64,000 nt of DNA from Candidatus Binatia bacterium (GTDB lineage Bacteria; Desulfobacterota; Binatia; Bin18), in NCBI GenBank assembly GCA_963664395.2, contig OY761159.2:3296001-3360000 (forward strand), in the 5' to 3' direction. The first letter of the stretch is position 1, and every line of letters begins with the position of its first letter. Under the pieces are notes generated by a model, which was given only the letters and a program-made list of their open reading frames with translations, did not search any database and had not been told where the DNA came from. Below are positions 1-9,246 of this stretch, one piece after another. A program made the translations under genes and the position numbers.

Positions 1-1
1 C

Positions 2-1165
2 GTGGCCGATTTCTTCTGTGGCTCCGGCACCACAGCGGCGGTGGCGGAAAAGCTGGGCCGCAAGTGGATTTGTGCAGACCTGGGCAAGTTCGCCATACAC
101 ACTACCCGCAAACGCATGATCGGCGTACAGCGGCAACTCAAGGCCGACAGCCAGAACTACCGCGCCTTTGAAATCCTCAACCTCGGCAAATACGAACGGC
201 AGCATTTTGTCGGCCTCAACCCCAATCTGCGCGAAGAAGAGCAGCAAAAGCAGTTGCAGGAAAAAGAGGCGGCCTTTCTTGATTTGCTCCTCAACGCCTA
301 TCGGGCGGAGAAGGTAGAAAACTTTACCGCCTTCCACGGCAAAAAGGCCGGACGACTCGTGGCGGTGGGGCCGGTGAATTTACCTGTTACGCGGCTGTTT
401 GTGGAAGAGATTATTCTGGAGTGTCGCAAGAACCATATCACCAAGGTGGACATTCTCGGCTTTGAGTTCGAGATGGGTCTCTTCCCCAACGTGCTGGACG
501 AAGCCCGGAGCAAGGGAATAGATATCGCGCCTAAATACATCCCCGCCGAGGTCTTCGACAAACGGGCAGTAGAGCGCAATCAAGTGGTGTTTCACGACGT
601 GTCGTTCATTGAAGTCAAACCTCATATAATAGCCGGTAGAAAAGGACGGCCTGCGACGGTGGCAGTGGAGCTGACCGATTTTTCGGTATTCTACTCCCAG
701 GACTCTATCGCCCAAGCGGAAGAAGCGTTGGGTAAAAAACAGTTGGGCAGCAAGGTCGTGGTCGAAGCTGGCCAGATTGTGAAATTGATCAAAGACAAAC
801 AGGGCGTATTCCGGCGCGAGCGACTGACAAACCACTGGACGGACTGGATAGACTACTGGTCGGTGGATTTCGATTTCGAGAGTAAGCGCGAACTCATCCG
901 CGTCAAGAAAGAGCTTTCTCCCGAAGAGCAGTCTGCTTTCGAGGGCATGGGCGACGCACAGCAAAAGCTGATGGGATGGGAAGAGCAGTGGACGGGCGAC
1001 TATATCTTTGAGAACGAGTGGCAGAGCTTCCGCACCAAAAAAGACCGCAGCCTGGATTTGAAGAGTGTCGCCCACGAATGCCCGCCGGGCCGCCATAAGA
1101 TAGCCGTGAAGGTGGTGGATATCTTCGGCAATGACACCATGACGATTGTGGAGGTGGGGGTATGA
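2..1165 (+). CDS. mod: Type III R-M DNA methyltransferase (Mod), C-terminal part; 5' end lies outside the window
   Basis: SAM-binding motif I DFFCGSGTT followed by AEKLGRKWI; C-terminal KVVDIFGNDT; a Res-type helicase lies downstream. Confidence 0.9.
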   Translation: MADFFCGSGTTAAVAEKLGRKWICADLGKFAIHTTRKRMIGVQRQLKADSQNYRAFEILNLGKYERQHFVGLNPNLREEEQQKQLQEKEAAFLDLLLNAYRAEKVENFTAFHGKKAGRLVAVGPVNLPVTRLFVEEIILECRKNHITKVDILGFEFEMGLFPNVLDEARSKGIDIAPKYIPAEVFDKRAVERNQVVFHDVSFIEVKPHIIAGRKGRPATVAVELTDFSVFYSQDSIAQAEEALGKKQLGSKVVVEAGQIVKLIKDKQGVFRRERLTNHWTDWIDYWSVDFDFESKRELIRVKKELSPEEQSAFEGMGDAQQKLMGWEEQWTGDYIFENEWQSFRTKKDRSLDLKSVAHECPPGRHKIAVKVVDIFGNDTMTIVEVGV

Positions 1166-2034
1166 GATTCGCCCTGCCGTCAATCCGGCACGACTCGAAA
1201 GGGTTTGCAGCGCTAGCGAACCTTCATGCGCAAACCGAGCACTGTTTTGTCGATGATATCGAGATCGACATGCAGTCAACGAACTGGTTCGACGCCGATA
1301 TGTGCGCAGCGTTTGGCGCGATTCTGTACGGGCTAGGAGACAATCTGAATACCATCAGTTTGACGAATATCAGCTCCGGAGTGGAGGATATTCTTTCTAA
1401 AAACGGATTCCTCAGCCACTATGGACGACAGAAAATGCCCGACCGTTGGGGAACGACAATCGCGTACCAACGCTTCGACATTGAGGACGACCGCTATTTC
1501 TCCGGCTATATTGAGCAGGAGTTCATCCATCGTCCCGAAATGCCAGAAATGTCCCCAGGATTATTAAAAAAGTTCCGTGAGAGCGTTTTCGAGATATTCA
1601 GCAACGCCGTGCTACACTCTCACACTGCATTGGGAATTTTCAGTTGCGGACAGTTTTTCCCCGCTAGGAACCGACTCGATTTTACTGTGGCCGACCTAGG
1701 AATCGGTATCCGAAAGAATGTCTGCGACAATCTCCAGCAAGAGCTGTCCCCTGTGGACGCCATCATCTGGGCGACTCAGGAGCACAATACGACCAAACGC
1801 GGGAAAGTTCCCGGCGGACTTGGCCTGACTCTACTGAGCGAGTTTATCCACCTGAATGGCGGCCGTATTCAAATAGTGTCTGACGCCGGCTACTGGTTGC
1901 AAAGAAAGGGCGGAACCCATGCGGTCTCGTTGGCCGAGCCGTTTCCGGGCACAGTAGTCAACGTAGAAATCAATACCGCAGATCGAAGCTTTTACAGCCT
2001 TCCCCCAGAACTCGAAGACGACGAAATTTTCTAA
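1162..2034 (+). CDS. GHKL (HATPase_c) ATP-binding protein, anti-sigma/Ser-kinase-like, with N-terminal STAS-like region
   Basis: N-box EIFSNAVLHS, G1 ADLGIGI, G2 GGLGL, G3 PGTVVNVEI; no His-kinase H-box or TM helices; ATGA overlap with the mod stop. Confidence 0.8.
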   Translation: MRFALPSIRHDSKGFAALANLHAQTEHCFVDDIEIDMQSTNWFDADMCAAFGAILYGLGDNLNTISLTNISSGVEDILSKNGFLSHYGRQKMPDRWGTTIAYQRFDIEDDRYFSGYIEQEFIHRPEMPEMSPGLLKKFRESVFEIFSNAVLHSHTALGIFSCGQFFPARNRLDFTVADLGIGIRKNVCDNLQQELSPVDAIIWATQEHNTTKRGKVPGGLGLTLLSEFIHLNGGRIQIVSDAGYWLQRKGGTHAVSLAEPFPGTVVNVEINTADRSFYSLPPELEDDEIF

Positions 2035-2044
2035 GGCGCCTCCC

Positions 2045-2410
2045 ATGAAGAAAGACGTTCCCATATCCGTATTCGAAGTCGTTGGCAGCCCTTTATGTGT
2101 CGCGTCGGGCGATGGGCAGAAAGTATACGACCGCATCGCCGCCGTACTGAAACAGGACCGGCGTGTCTTAATCTCGTTCCGTAATGTGTCCACGCTGACA
2201 TCGGCATTTCTCAACACGGCGATCGGTCAACTATATGGCACATTCAACGAAGATCAGATTCGCGCTTTGCTAACGGTGGAAGACATGGAAGCCGATGATA
2301 TTGCACTGTTAAGGCGGGTTGTTAATACAGCCAAACGATACTTTCAAGACCCGGAGAGATTCAACAACGTGGTGCGAGAGGTGCTGGAGGATGACGGCGA
2401 TGACGCATGA
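2045..2410 (+). CDS. Stand-alone STAS-like (DUF4325-type) protein
   Basis: 121 aa; GQKVY...VLISFRNVSTLTSAFLNTAIGQLY pattern typical of DUF4325/STAS-like proteins. Confidence 0.8.
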   Translation: MKKDVPISVFEVVGSPLCVASGDGQKVYDRIAAVLKQDRRVLISFRNVSTLTSAFLNTAIGQLYGTFNEDQIRALLTVEDMEADDIALLRRVVNTAKRYFQDPERFNNVVREVLEDDGDDA

Positions 2411-2933
2411 CGTTTCACATGTCGAGAGTTACGACTTCACGTCTGAGGATAAATTATTTCTGGATACCAATATCTGGCTGTTCATCTACGGCCCACAGGA
2501 CCCCGCCAGCACCAAAATGTATACATACTCCTCGGCATTTCATCACATCCTGAAAGCGCAGAGCCGCATCTATATCGATGCCCTTGTCATTTCGGAATTT
2601 ATTAACGCCTACGCTCGGCAGCAATGGCACCTTGTTGCGCCCGACACGAAGTTCAAGGAGTTCCGCAACAGCCCACACTTCAAGCCAGTCGCTCAAGAAA
2701 TAGCCGACAATACCAAGCGAGTGCTGAACCACTGTTCGCGGCTCGAGAGCCGCTTTGAGACGTTGGACGTAGATGGCTTGATGAACGAATATGCAGAAGG
2801 CGGCGCTGACTTTAATGACCAGGTTATCAGGGAGCTGTGTAACAGCAGAAGCTTGAAGCTGGTCACAGATGACGGCGATTTCAGTGGACAAGGGATATCT
2901 ATAATAACGGCGAACAGGCGCTTATTGGGCTGA
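2400..2933 (+). CDS. PIN-domain ribonuclease
   Basis: Acidic PIN motifs LFLDTNIW, ISEF, DFND, LVTDDGDF; start moved to ATG 2400 (GGAGG at 2386-2390), overlapping the STAS gene end. Confidence 0.85.
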   Translation: MTHDVSHVESYDFTSEDKLFLDTNIWLFIYGPQDPASTKMYTYSSAFHHILKAQSRIYIDALVISEFINAYARQQWHLVAPDTKFKEFRNSPHFKPVAQEIADNTKRVLNHCSRLESRFETLDVDGLMNEYAEGGADFNDQVIRELCNSRSLKLVTDDGDFSGQGISIITANRRLLG

Positions 2934-2937
2934 TTCC

Positions 2938-5631
2938 ATGGCGCTGCATATCGACTTCCCCAACTCCCCCCACGCGATTCTTGACCCAGAGTTTCGCTGG
3001 TTTCCTGCGGATGAGGCACTGCGTCATACCAGCACGGAAAAGCTGATGCCACCACTTGTGGCGCAGCTGCGACGTAAGGTTAAGGAATTCCGCGACAGCG
3101 GCTATGTGGGCGCCAGCGATACCAGCAAGAGCCTGCTCAATTGGTGGTTTGTGGAACCGCATTTGTTGCCGAAAGCAGACGGCAGTATGGAGAAATTTGA
3201 ATATTTCTTCGCCCAGCGGGAAGCGCTGGAAACCATTATTTATCTGTACGACGTGAGAGGCGCGAAGGACAAATACGATCTGATGCGTTTTGACGCCAGC
3301 GGCGTGGTCTCCAGCGGCATGTTCGATGAGAGCTGGCGACGGTATGTGATCAAGATGGCCACCGGCAGCGGCAAGACCAAGGTACTGAGTTTGGCTTTGG
3401 CGTGGAGTTTTTATCATAAGCTGTATGAAACGGCCTCCGAACTGTCACGCAATTTTCTGGTGATCGCCCCGAACATTATTGTGCTGGACCGACTCTACAG
3501 GGATTTCCAGGGGTTGCGTATCTTCTTCGAGGACCCGGTCATTCCCGACAACGGCTACGATGGGCGCAACTGGCGGGACGATTTTCAACTGACGCTACAT
3601 CTTCAGGACGAGGTACGGGTATCCCGCCCAACGGGCAATATATTCCTGACCAATATCCACCGCGTCTATTCGGGGGAAGACATTCCACCCTCGCCCGATG
3701 ACGAAGACACCAGAGAATATTTTCTGGGCAAACGGCCCACCGGCGCGACCACGGATTCCAAGTTGGACCTCGGCGACATCGTGCGTGACATTGACGAACT
3801 CATGGTACTGAACGACGAGGCGCATCATATTCACGACAACAAGTTGGCGTGGTTCAAGTCAATTGAAGACATTCACAATCGCCTTGTACAAAAAGGTGGG
3901 GCGTTGAGTTTGCAGGTGGATGTGACGGCAACGCCAAGGCACAACGACGGGGCAATTTTCGTGCAGACGGTGGCCGACTATCCGCTGGTGGAGGCGATTT
4001 CGCAGAATGTGGTGAAGCATCCGGTCCTGCCGGATGCCGCAAGCCGGGCGAAACTATCCGAGCAGCAGAGTGCGAAATTTACCGAGAAGTATGCCGACTA
4101 CCTTGACCTCGGCGTCATTGAATGGCGCAAGGCGTATCAAGAACACAGCAAGTTGGGCAAAAAGGCGATTCTGTTCGTGATGACGGACGACACCCGTAAC
4201 TGCGATGAGGTGGCCGCGTATCTGGAGAACCGCTACCCGGACCTGAAAGATGCGGTGCTGACCATTCACACCAAGAACAACGGCGAGATTTACGAAGCGT
4301 CTTCGAGCAAGCAAAAGGAAGAGTTGGAGCAGTTACGCAAGCAGGCAAACGAGATTGATACGGCAACCAGCCCCTACAGAGCCATTGTGTCCGTGATTAT
4401 GCTGAAAGAAGGCTGGGATGTGCGCAATGTGACAACGATTGTGGGACTACGAGCGTACTCGGCCAAGAGCAATATCTTGCCCGAGCAGACCCTTGGCCGG
4501 GGCTTGCGCAAGATGTATCCGGGAGACACCGAGGAATATGTCAGCGTGGTCGGCACCGATGCCTTTATGGAGTTCGTTGAATCGATTCAGTCTGAAGGTG
4601 TTGAACTTGAACGTAAGGCTATGGGCGAAGGCTCCGGGCCGAAAACTCCGCTGGTGGTAGAAGTCGATAACGACAATACGAATAAGAATATCGATGCCCT
4701 GGATATCGAGATTCCGATACTGACGCCGCGAGCCTATCGGGAATACGGGAATCTGGCCGCTCTGGACTCCACGGTAAGGCCATTCACGCCGGTTGCCTAT
4801 CAGCAATTCAGCCAGGAAGAGCAACGCGAGATCGTATTCAAGGATATTACCACTGGGGAAGTGACCCATACCACGGTGCTGGACAGTGCAGGGATTGCCG
4901 ACTATCGAAGTGTCATCGGCTATTTTGCTCAAACCGTGATGAAAGAGCTGCGGCTGGTAAGCGGCTACGATGTGCTCTACGGCAAAGTGAAAGGCTTTGT
5001 GCGGGACGCCCTGTTCGGCCAAACAGTAGACCTGGAGTCGCCGAACACACTGCGCAATCTGTCGGAGTTGGCCGCCACCAAGACGGTGATTGAGTGCTTC
5101 AAGCGGGCGGTGAATGATCTGACAGTGCAGGATAAAGGCGACGCCCGGATACGGGACACGATCAAGCTGCGTCAAACCCGGCCCTTTGTGGTGAAGGATC
5201 AAGCCTATCTCATACCGAGCAAGAGCGTGTTCAATCGCGTTATCGGTGACAGCCAGTTTGAGTTGACATTTGCCGGTTTTCTGGAGCAGTGCGGTGACGT
5301 GATTGCCTACACTAAAAACTATCTGGCTGTGAACTTCAAACTGGATTATGTGAGCGCCAGTGGAGACATCTCGAATTATTACCCGGACTTCATTGTGAAG
5401 TTGTCGAACGGGCAGATTGTCATTGTGGAAACCAAGGGACAGGAAGACCTGGATGTACCACCGAAAATGAAACGGCTACGGCAATGGTGCGAAGACGTCA
5501 ACAGAGTACAGACGAAAACGGAATATGCGTTTGTTTTTGTGGATGATGTGGGGTTTGCAAAGTACGACCCAAAGACCTTTGACGTATTATTGGCTGGCTT
5601 TCAAGATTATCAATCAGACGCAGCAGAGTGA
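2938..5631 (+). CDS. res: Type III restriction enzyme Res subunit (SF2 helicase + PD-(D/E)xK nuclease)
   Basis: KMATGSGKT, NDEAHH, TATP, MLKEGWDV, EQTLGRGLR; C-terminal YYPDFIV...VETKG. Confidence 0.9.
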   Translation: MALHIDFPNSPHAILDPEFRWFPADEALRHTSTEKLMPPLVAQLRRKVKEFRDSGYVGASDTSKSLLNWWFVEPHLLPKADGSMEKFEYFFAQREALETIIYLYDVRGAKDKYDLMRFDASGVVSSGMFDESWRRYVIKMATGSGKTKVLSLALAWSFYHKLYETASELSRNFLVIAPNIIVLDRLYRDFQGLRIFFEDPVIPDNGYDGRNWRDDFQLTLHLQDEVRVSRPTGNIFLTNIHRVYSGEDIPPSPDDEDTREYFLGKRPTGATTDSKLDLGDIVRDIDELMVLNDEAHHIHDNKLAWFKSIEDIHNRLVQKGGALSLQVDVTATPRHNDGAIFVQTVADYPLVEAISQNVVKHPVLPDAASRAKLSEQQSAKFTEKYADYLDLGVIEWRKAYQEHSKLGKKAILFVMTDDTRNCDEVAAYLENRYPDLKDAVLTIHTKNNGEIYEASSSKQKEELEQLRKQANEIDTATSPYRAIVSVIMLKEGWDVRNVTTIVGLRAYSAKSNILPEQTLGRGLRKMYPGDTEEYVSVVGTDAFMEFVESIQSEGVELERKAMGEGSGPKTPLVVEVDNDNTNKNIDALDIEIPILTPRAYREYGNLAALDSTVRPFTPVAYQQFSQEEQREIVFKDITTGEVTHTTVLDSAGIADYRSVIGYFAQTVMKELRLVSGYDVLYGKVKGFVRDALFGQTVDLESPNTLRNLSELAATKTVIECFKRAVNDLTVQDKGDARIRDTIKLRQTRPFVVKDQAYLIPSKSVFNRVIGDSQFELTFAGFLEQCGDVIAYTKNYLAVNFKLDYVSASGDISNYYPDFIVKLSNGQIVIVETKGQEDLDVPPKMKRLRQWCEDVNRVQTKTEYAFVFVDDVGFAKYDPKTFDVLLAGFQDYQSDAAE

Positions 5632-5702
5632 CGGACCGGAGGAGGGCAAAAGGGGAGAACAGGTCTTTCCTTATATTCCAGCCGAGATTTTCCAATGCAG
5701 AT

Positions 5703-6953
5703 TTAATGAAAGCCCATTATGTCGTGGTAGTAATGCCAATACCCGCGAATGGCACTCTCGGTTAAGAGATTTTCCTGATTCTCTCTTCCCGTACCACCGA
5801 AGGCGAGGAGGGAGCAGGCGTCCTTTTCTCGGGCGATAGCCTGCTGGACCAATTCAGTGGCGTAGCCGTCCTCCATGGAAATATAGCCGGCCGGACCGAC
5901 CAAATTGGCCTGTTTGAGGCGGATGTTGCGGATTTCCTCATCATCATCTGCATAGCCAAAGAACGTAAACAGCAGTTCAAACTGACCTGGCCCCTTGGGC
6001 AGAATATGTCGGGTCGCCAGCGTGTTTTGAATCTGCTGGACGACCAGACACGGAAAAATCATCTGGATGTGGTTGGTCAATTCCAGCTCGAATTCTTTGC
6101 GTGAGGTGAGGAGTGAGGGGTCGGCTAGGGTGTAATCCGTCTGGTAACTGCGGATGTTCTTGCCTGTGTAGGCGGCAATCTCTTCCTGCTCTGTCTTCTT
6201 ATACGCGCGCAGCATGCTGTGTCGGCCGGCCTCATCCATAATCACCCCGCCCCCTTGGGATGAACGATAGATGCCAAAAGTCGTGTGAAAGAGATGCAAC
6301 AGACTGGCGTGATAGGGGTCCTTCACGTTCTCTGAGTAGAGTTTCCAGTTGGCATGAATGAATTGACGGGCATAGCCCAACACCTGGACCGGTCGGTTGA
6401 AGACCCGGTCGAGCCACGGTTGCATGGCCGGGCCAAGATAGTCTGCCAGCGGCTCAACCTCAGCAGAAAAGGACGCGAAGATAAGACCGTTATAGGTATC
6501 CACTTGCAGTTTCCGGAGTGAGTGCTGCGCGAGATCAAAGTCGGCGGGGTAGCCGCCCTGGCGATGAATGCCGGTGCGAAACGGGACACCGATCAGATCG
6601 CCTTGCTGGTTATAACTCCACTGGTGGTAGATACAGGTGTGGGTTGCCCGATTACCACGAGACTCGCGGCACACCATTGCCCCGCGATGCGCGCACCGAT
6701 TCACAAAGGCGTGCAGCCGGCCCGCTTTGTCGCGTGACACAACGATGGGCGTATCACCCACAAAGGTTGATTTGAAGTCGCCTGGGTTGGCAACCTCAGC
6801 TTCGAGGCCCACATAACTCCACGTCGGACCTCTGAAGATTCGTTCCTGTTCCCGGGCATACATCGCGGGATCACAAAAGACCTGATACGGGACTGAGGTC
6901 ATATCCGGCCAGCCCACCGCGCCGAGAGTGTTGTCCGTGGGTGAAAGGCTCAT
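5703..6953 (-). CDS. Rieske aromatic ring-hydroxylating oxygenase alpha subunit (salicylate/anthranilate/terephthalate-like group)
   Basis: CAHRG and CIYH Rieske ligands; NWK...DPYHASLLH and EDG mononuclear Fe ligands; ATG 6953 preceded by GGAGG. Confidence 0.9.
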   Translation of the reverse strand: MSLSPTDNTLGAVGWPDMTSVPYQVFCDPAMYAREQERIFRGPTWSYVGLEAEVANPGDFKSTFVGDTPIVVSRDKAGRLHAFVNRCAHRGAMVCRESRGNRATHTCIYHQWSYNQQGDLIGVPFRTGIHRQGGYPADFDLAQHSLRKLQVDTYNGLIFASFSAEVEPLADYLGPAMQPWLDRVFNRPVQVLGYARQFIHANWKLYSENVKDPYHASLLHLFHTTFGIYRSSQGGGVIMDEAGRHSMLRAYKKTEQEEIAAYTGKNIRSYQTDYTLADPSLLTSRKEFELELTNHIQMIFPCLVVQQIQNTLATRHILPKGPGQFELLFTFFGYADDDEEIRNIRLKQANLVGPAGYISMEDGYATELVQQAIAREKDACSLLAFGGTGRENQENLLTESAIRGYWHYYHDIMGFH

Positions 6954-7070
6954 CGTGCTACCTCCCTTGCAATCTCTCTTCTGCTCTCTCCAGTAGATAC
7001 CGCTTGGTGTTGATTGACAAGCCATGTTCGAGACGCGTATACGAGGGAACTGAGAGACAAGGGAGGGACC

Positions 7071-7328
7071 ATGAGTGCGCAGAGCTTGAATATCATGCTG
7101 GTTGATCTGTTTCGATCTGAGGCTGAGTTGGCACAGTATCAGAAAGAGCCTGAGGTGATTCTGGCAAACTACGAGGTGACGGACGAAGAGCGGGCGCGGC
7201 TCAAAGACACGGACCTGGGTTGGCTCTATACACACGGGATTCACCCGTACATTCTGGTCCAGTTTGCCTTAGCCCTGGGGATAGAGATCCCGCAGTATGT
7301 GCAGCAGGTGAAAGAAGCGACGGGGTAG
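7071..7328 (+). CDS. LigA-like small subunit of class III extradiol ring-cleavage dioxygenase
   Basis: 85 aa helical protein, YEVTDEER...DLGWLYTHGIHPYIL; GGGAGG RBS; directly upstream of a LigB-like gene. Confidence 0.75.
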   Translation: MSAQSLNIMLVDLFRSEAELAQYQKEPEVILANYEVTDEERARLKDTDLGWLYTHGIHPYILVQFALALGIEIPQYVQQVKEATG

Positions 7329-7365
7329 GGAAATTCCTATTAGGGTGCTTGCTAAAAGCCCTATT

Positions 7366-7404
7366 CCCCCTCACCCTAGCCCTCTCCCACCAGGGGAGAG
7401 GGGA
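7366..7404. repeat. Intergenic palindromic element (CCCTCACCC-TAG-CCCTCTCCC...GGGAGAGGG type)
   Basis: ccctctccc-accag-gggagaggg inverted repeat preceded by cccctcaccctag, between the ligA- and ligB-like genes. Confidence 0.6.
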
Positions 7405-7426
7405 TAGAAGGAAAAAGGAGAACCAA

Positions 7427-8245
7427 ATGGCAGAAATCGTTGCAGCCATGTCGTCAGTCCACAGTCCCCTGATGATGAGTGCGCCCCACATGGCGGATGA
7501 GGCCACCTGGGGGAGGATCCATACGGGATTCGATACCCTGCGAGAAACTTTCACCTCGGCTGGGGCAGATACCATCGTCGTTATTTCAGATGAACATTTT
7601 AATGCGCTCGACCCGCGTCGCTATCCATCGTTCGGCGTGGTGACGGCTGAGACGAGCGTTGGTCCGGTAGAAAACTGGCTCGGCGTTCCCCGCGATAGCA
7701 TCTCGGTCAGGTTTGAGCCGGAGCTGGCTGAAGCGGTTCTTGATGAAGGTATGCGCCAAGGCTTCGATTTGACGCGGATTGGCGAAGTCGGCCTGGAGCA
7801 TGGATTTGTCACCTGCCTGAACTTTCTGACGCCGCAGTGGGATATGTCCTATCTCTGGCTGATTCAAAACTGTGTCCTGCCGCCCCTGCCCAGCCTGAAG
7901 CGGTGTTATGACTTTGGCCGGATGGTGGGTCAGGCCATCCGCTCGTGGGACAGCTCCCGGCGGGTGGCTCTGCTCGGCACGGGCGGTTTGTCCCATGCCG
8001 TTGGTACGCCGGACATGGGCAAGGTGGACCAGCAATTCGATAAAAAATTCCTGGATCTGCTGTGCAAGCAGGACCCGGCCATGTTCGATATTACGGATGT
8101 GGAGCTGGATACGATCGGCAACGGCACGCACGAGATCCGAAACTGGATTGCGGTGGCTGGTGCAGTCGAGGGCGCCCAAGGTGAAGTCGTCATGTACGAA
8201 GAAGCCATGGTCGTGGGCTTCGGCATGATGCAATTTCAGTTGTAA
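7427..8245 (+). CDS. LigB-like class III extradiol dioxygenase catalytic subunit
   Basis: SVHSP, ISDEH, LEHG, GTGGLSH, GTHEIRNW motifs; AAGGAG RBS before ATG 7427. Confidence 0.88.
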   Translation: MAEIVAAMSSVHSPLMMSAPHMADEATWGRIHTGFDTLRETFTSAGADTIVVISDEHFNALDPRRYPSFGVVTAETSVGPVENWLGVPRDSISVRFEPELAEAVLDEGMRQGFDLTRIGEVGLEHGFVTCLNFLTPQWDMSYLWLIQNCVLPPLPSLKRCYDFGRMVGQAIRSWDSSRRVALLGTGGLSHAVGTPDMGKVDQQFDKKFLDLLCKQDPAMFDITDVELDTIGNGTHEIRNWIAVAGAVEGAQGEVVMYEEAMVVGFGMMQFQL

Positions 8246-8269
8246 GGACGGCCTCATCCCGTAGGGCAG

Positions 8270-9151
8270 ATGAGCGCAGCCATGCCGCGTGGAACGCTCG
8301 TTGTCCTGGGTGTCGGCATTCTCGCCATTTCGACTGCCGCCCCACTGATAAAGCTTGTTCCCGACGTCCCTCCGCTCGTTGTGGCGGCCGCTCGGCTCGG
8401 CCTTGCCGCGCTGATATTCACCCCGCTGAGTGTGGTTCGACTCCGAACCGAACGCATCTCACTATCGGTTTCTGACCTGTGGGTTGTGGGTGTGGCCGGT
8501 CTGTGTTTGGCCCTCCATTTTGCCGCTTGGATTGCCTCGTTGCGCTACACGTCTGTGGCGAGTTCCGTAGCGCTGGTGACCATGAATCCTTTACTGCTCG
8601 CCCTGGCTGGCTATCTCATCTGGGGGGAACGGCTCGTCCGGCGTCAATGGTGTGGTATTGGCCTGGCGTTGCTGGGCAGCCTGTGCATTGGTTGGAACGA
8701 TTTTCAACAGGTGGGTCCAGCCGGAGAGTCGGCGCTGTATGGCGATGTCTTAGCCGTGTGCGGAGCCGTCATGGTGTCGGCCTATCTCCTGTGTGGACGA
8801 TTTGCCCGAGCGCGCCTCGGCTTGAGCGTGTATGTTGGGCTGGTCTATGGCTGGGCGGCCGGCATTTTACTCGTTGGCTGTCTTGTCCTCCAACTGCCGC
8901 TGCTGGGCTATGCCCCCCAGGCCTACCTCGTACTGGTCCTGCTGGCCCTTATTCCCCAAGTGTTGGGCCATACTATTCTGAACTGGGCGCTTGCCTATAT
9001 GTCCCCGACGCTGGTGGCGCTGGCGATTCTTGGCGAACCGGTTGGGGCCGTCCTGCTGGCCTCGATATTTCTCAACGAGCCGGTTGTCTTGCTCCAAGGG
9101 ATAGGAGGGGTATGCCTGCTCACGGGGATTGTGATGGGACAGCAACAGTAA
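8270..9151 (+). CDS. DMT/EamA family transporter
   Basis: About 10 hydrophobic segments; HFAAWIASL..TSVASS, GH...NWAL and GEPV motifs. Confidence 0.88.
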   Translation: MSAAMPRGTLVVLGVGILAISTAAPLIKLVPDVPPLVVAAARLGLAALIFTPLSVVRLRTERISLSVSDLWVVGVAGLCLALHFAAWIASLRYTSVASSVALVTMNPLLLALAGYLIWGERLVRRQWCGIGLALLGSLCIGWNDFQQVGPAGESALYGDVLAVCGAVMVSAYLLCGRFARARLGLSVYVGLVYGWAAGILLVGCLVLQLPLLGYAPQAYLVLVLLALIPQVLGHTILNWALAYMSPTLVALAILGEPVGAVLLASIFLNEPVVLLQGIGGVCLLTGIVMGQQQ

Positions 9152-9179
9152 CGGAATGGAGATGATGAGCACCCGACAC

Positions 9180-9240
9180 AGGGCAACCACAAGGGTTGCC
9201 CCTACGTGGGCCGGCCCAAACCGTAGGGGCGTGGCCGTCC
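9180..9240. repeat. Inverted pair of GTAG-type REP palindromes
   Basis: Minus-strand GTAGGGGCAACC-CTTGT-GGTTGCCC at 9180-9205 and plus-strand GTAGGGGC at 9223; lies between convergent genes. Confidence 0.7.
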
Positions 9241-9246
9241 AGGCTT

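Noticed and set aside
6954-7426. N-terminal extensions of the Rieske (to 7244) and LigB (from 7220) ORFs
   Set aside because: They overlap the ligA-like gene and a palindrome; downstream ATGs have clear RBSs
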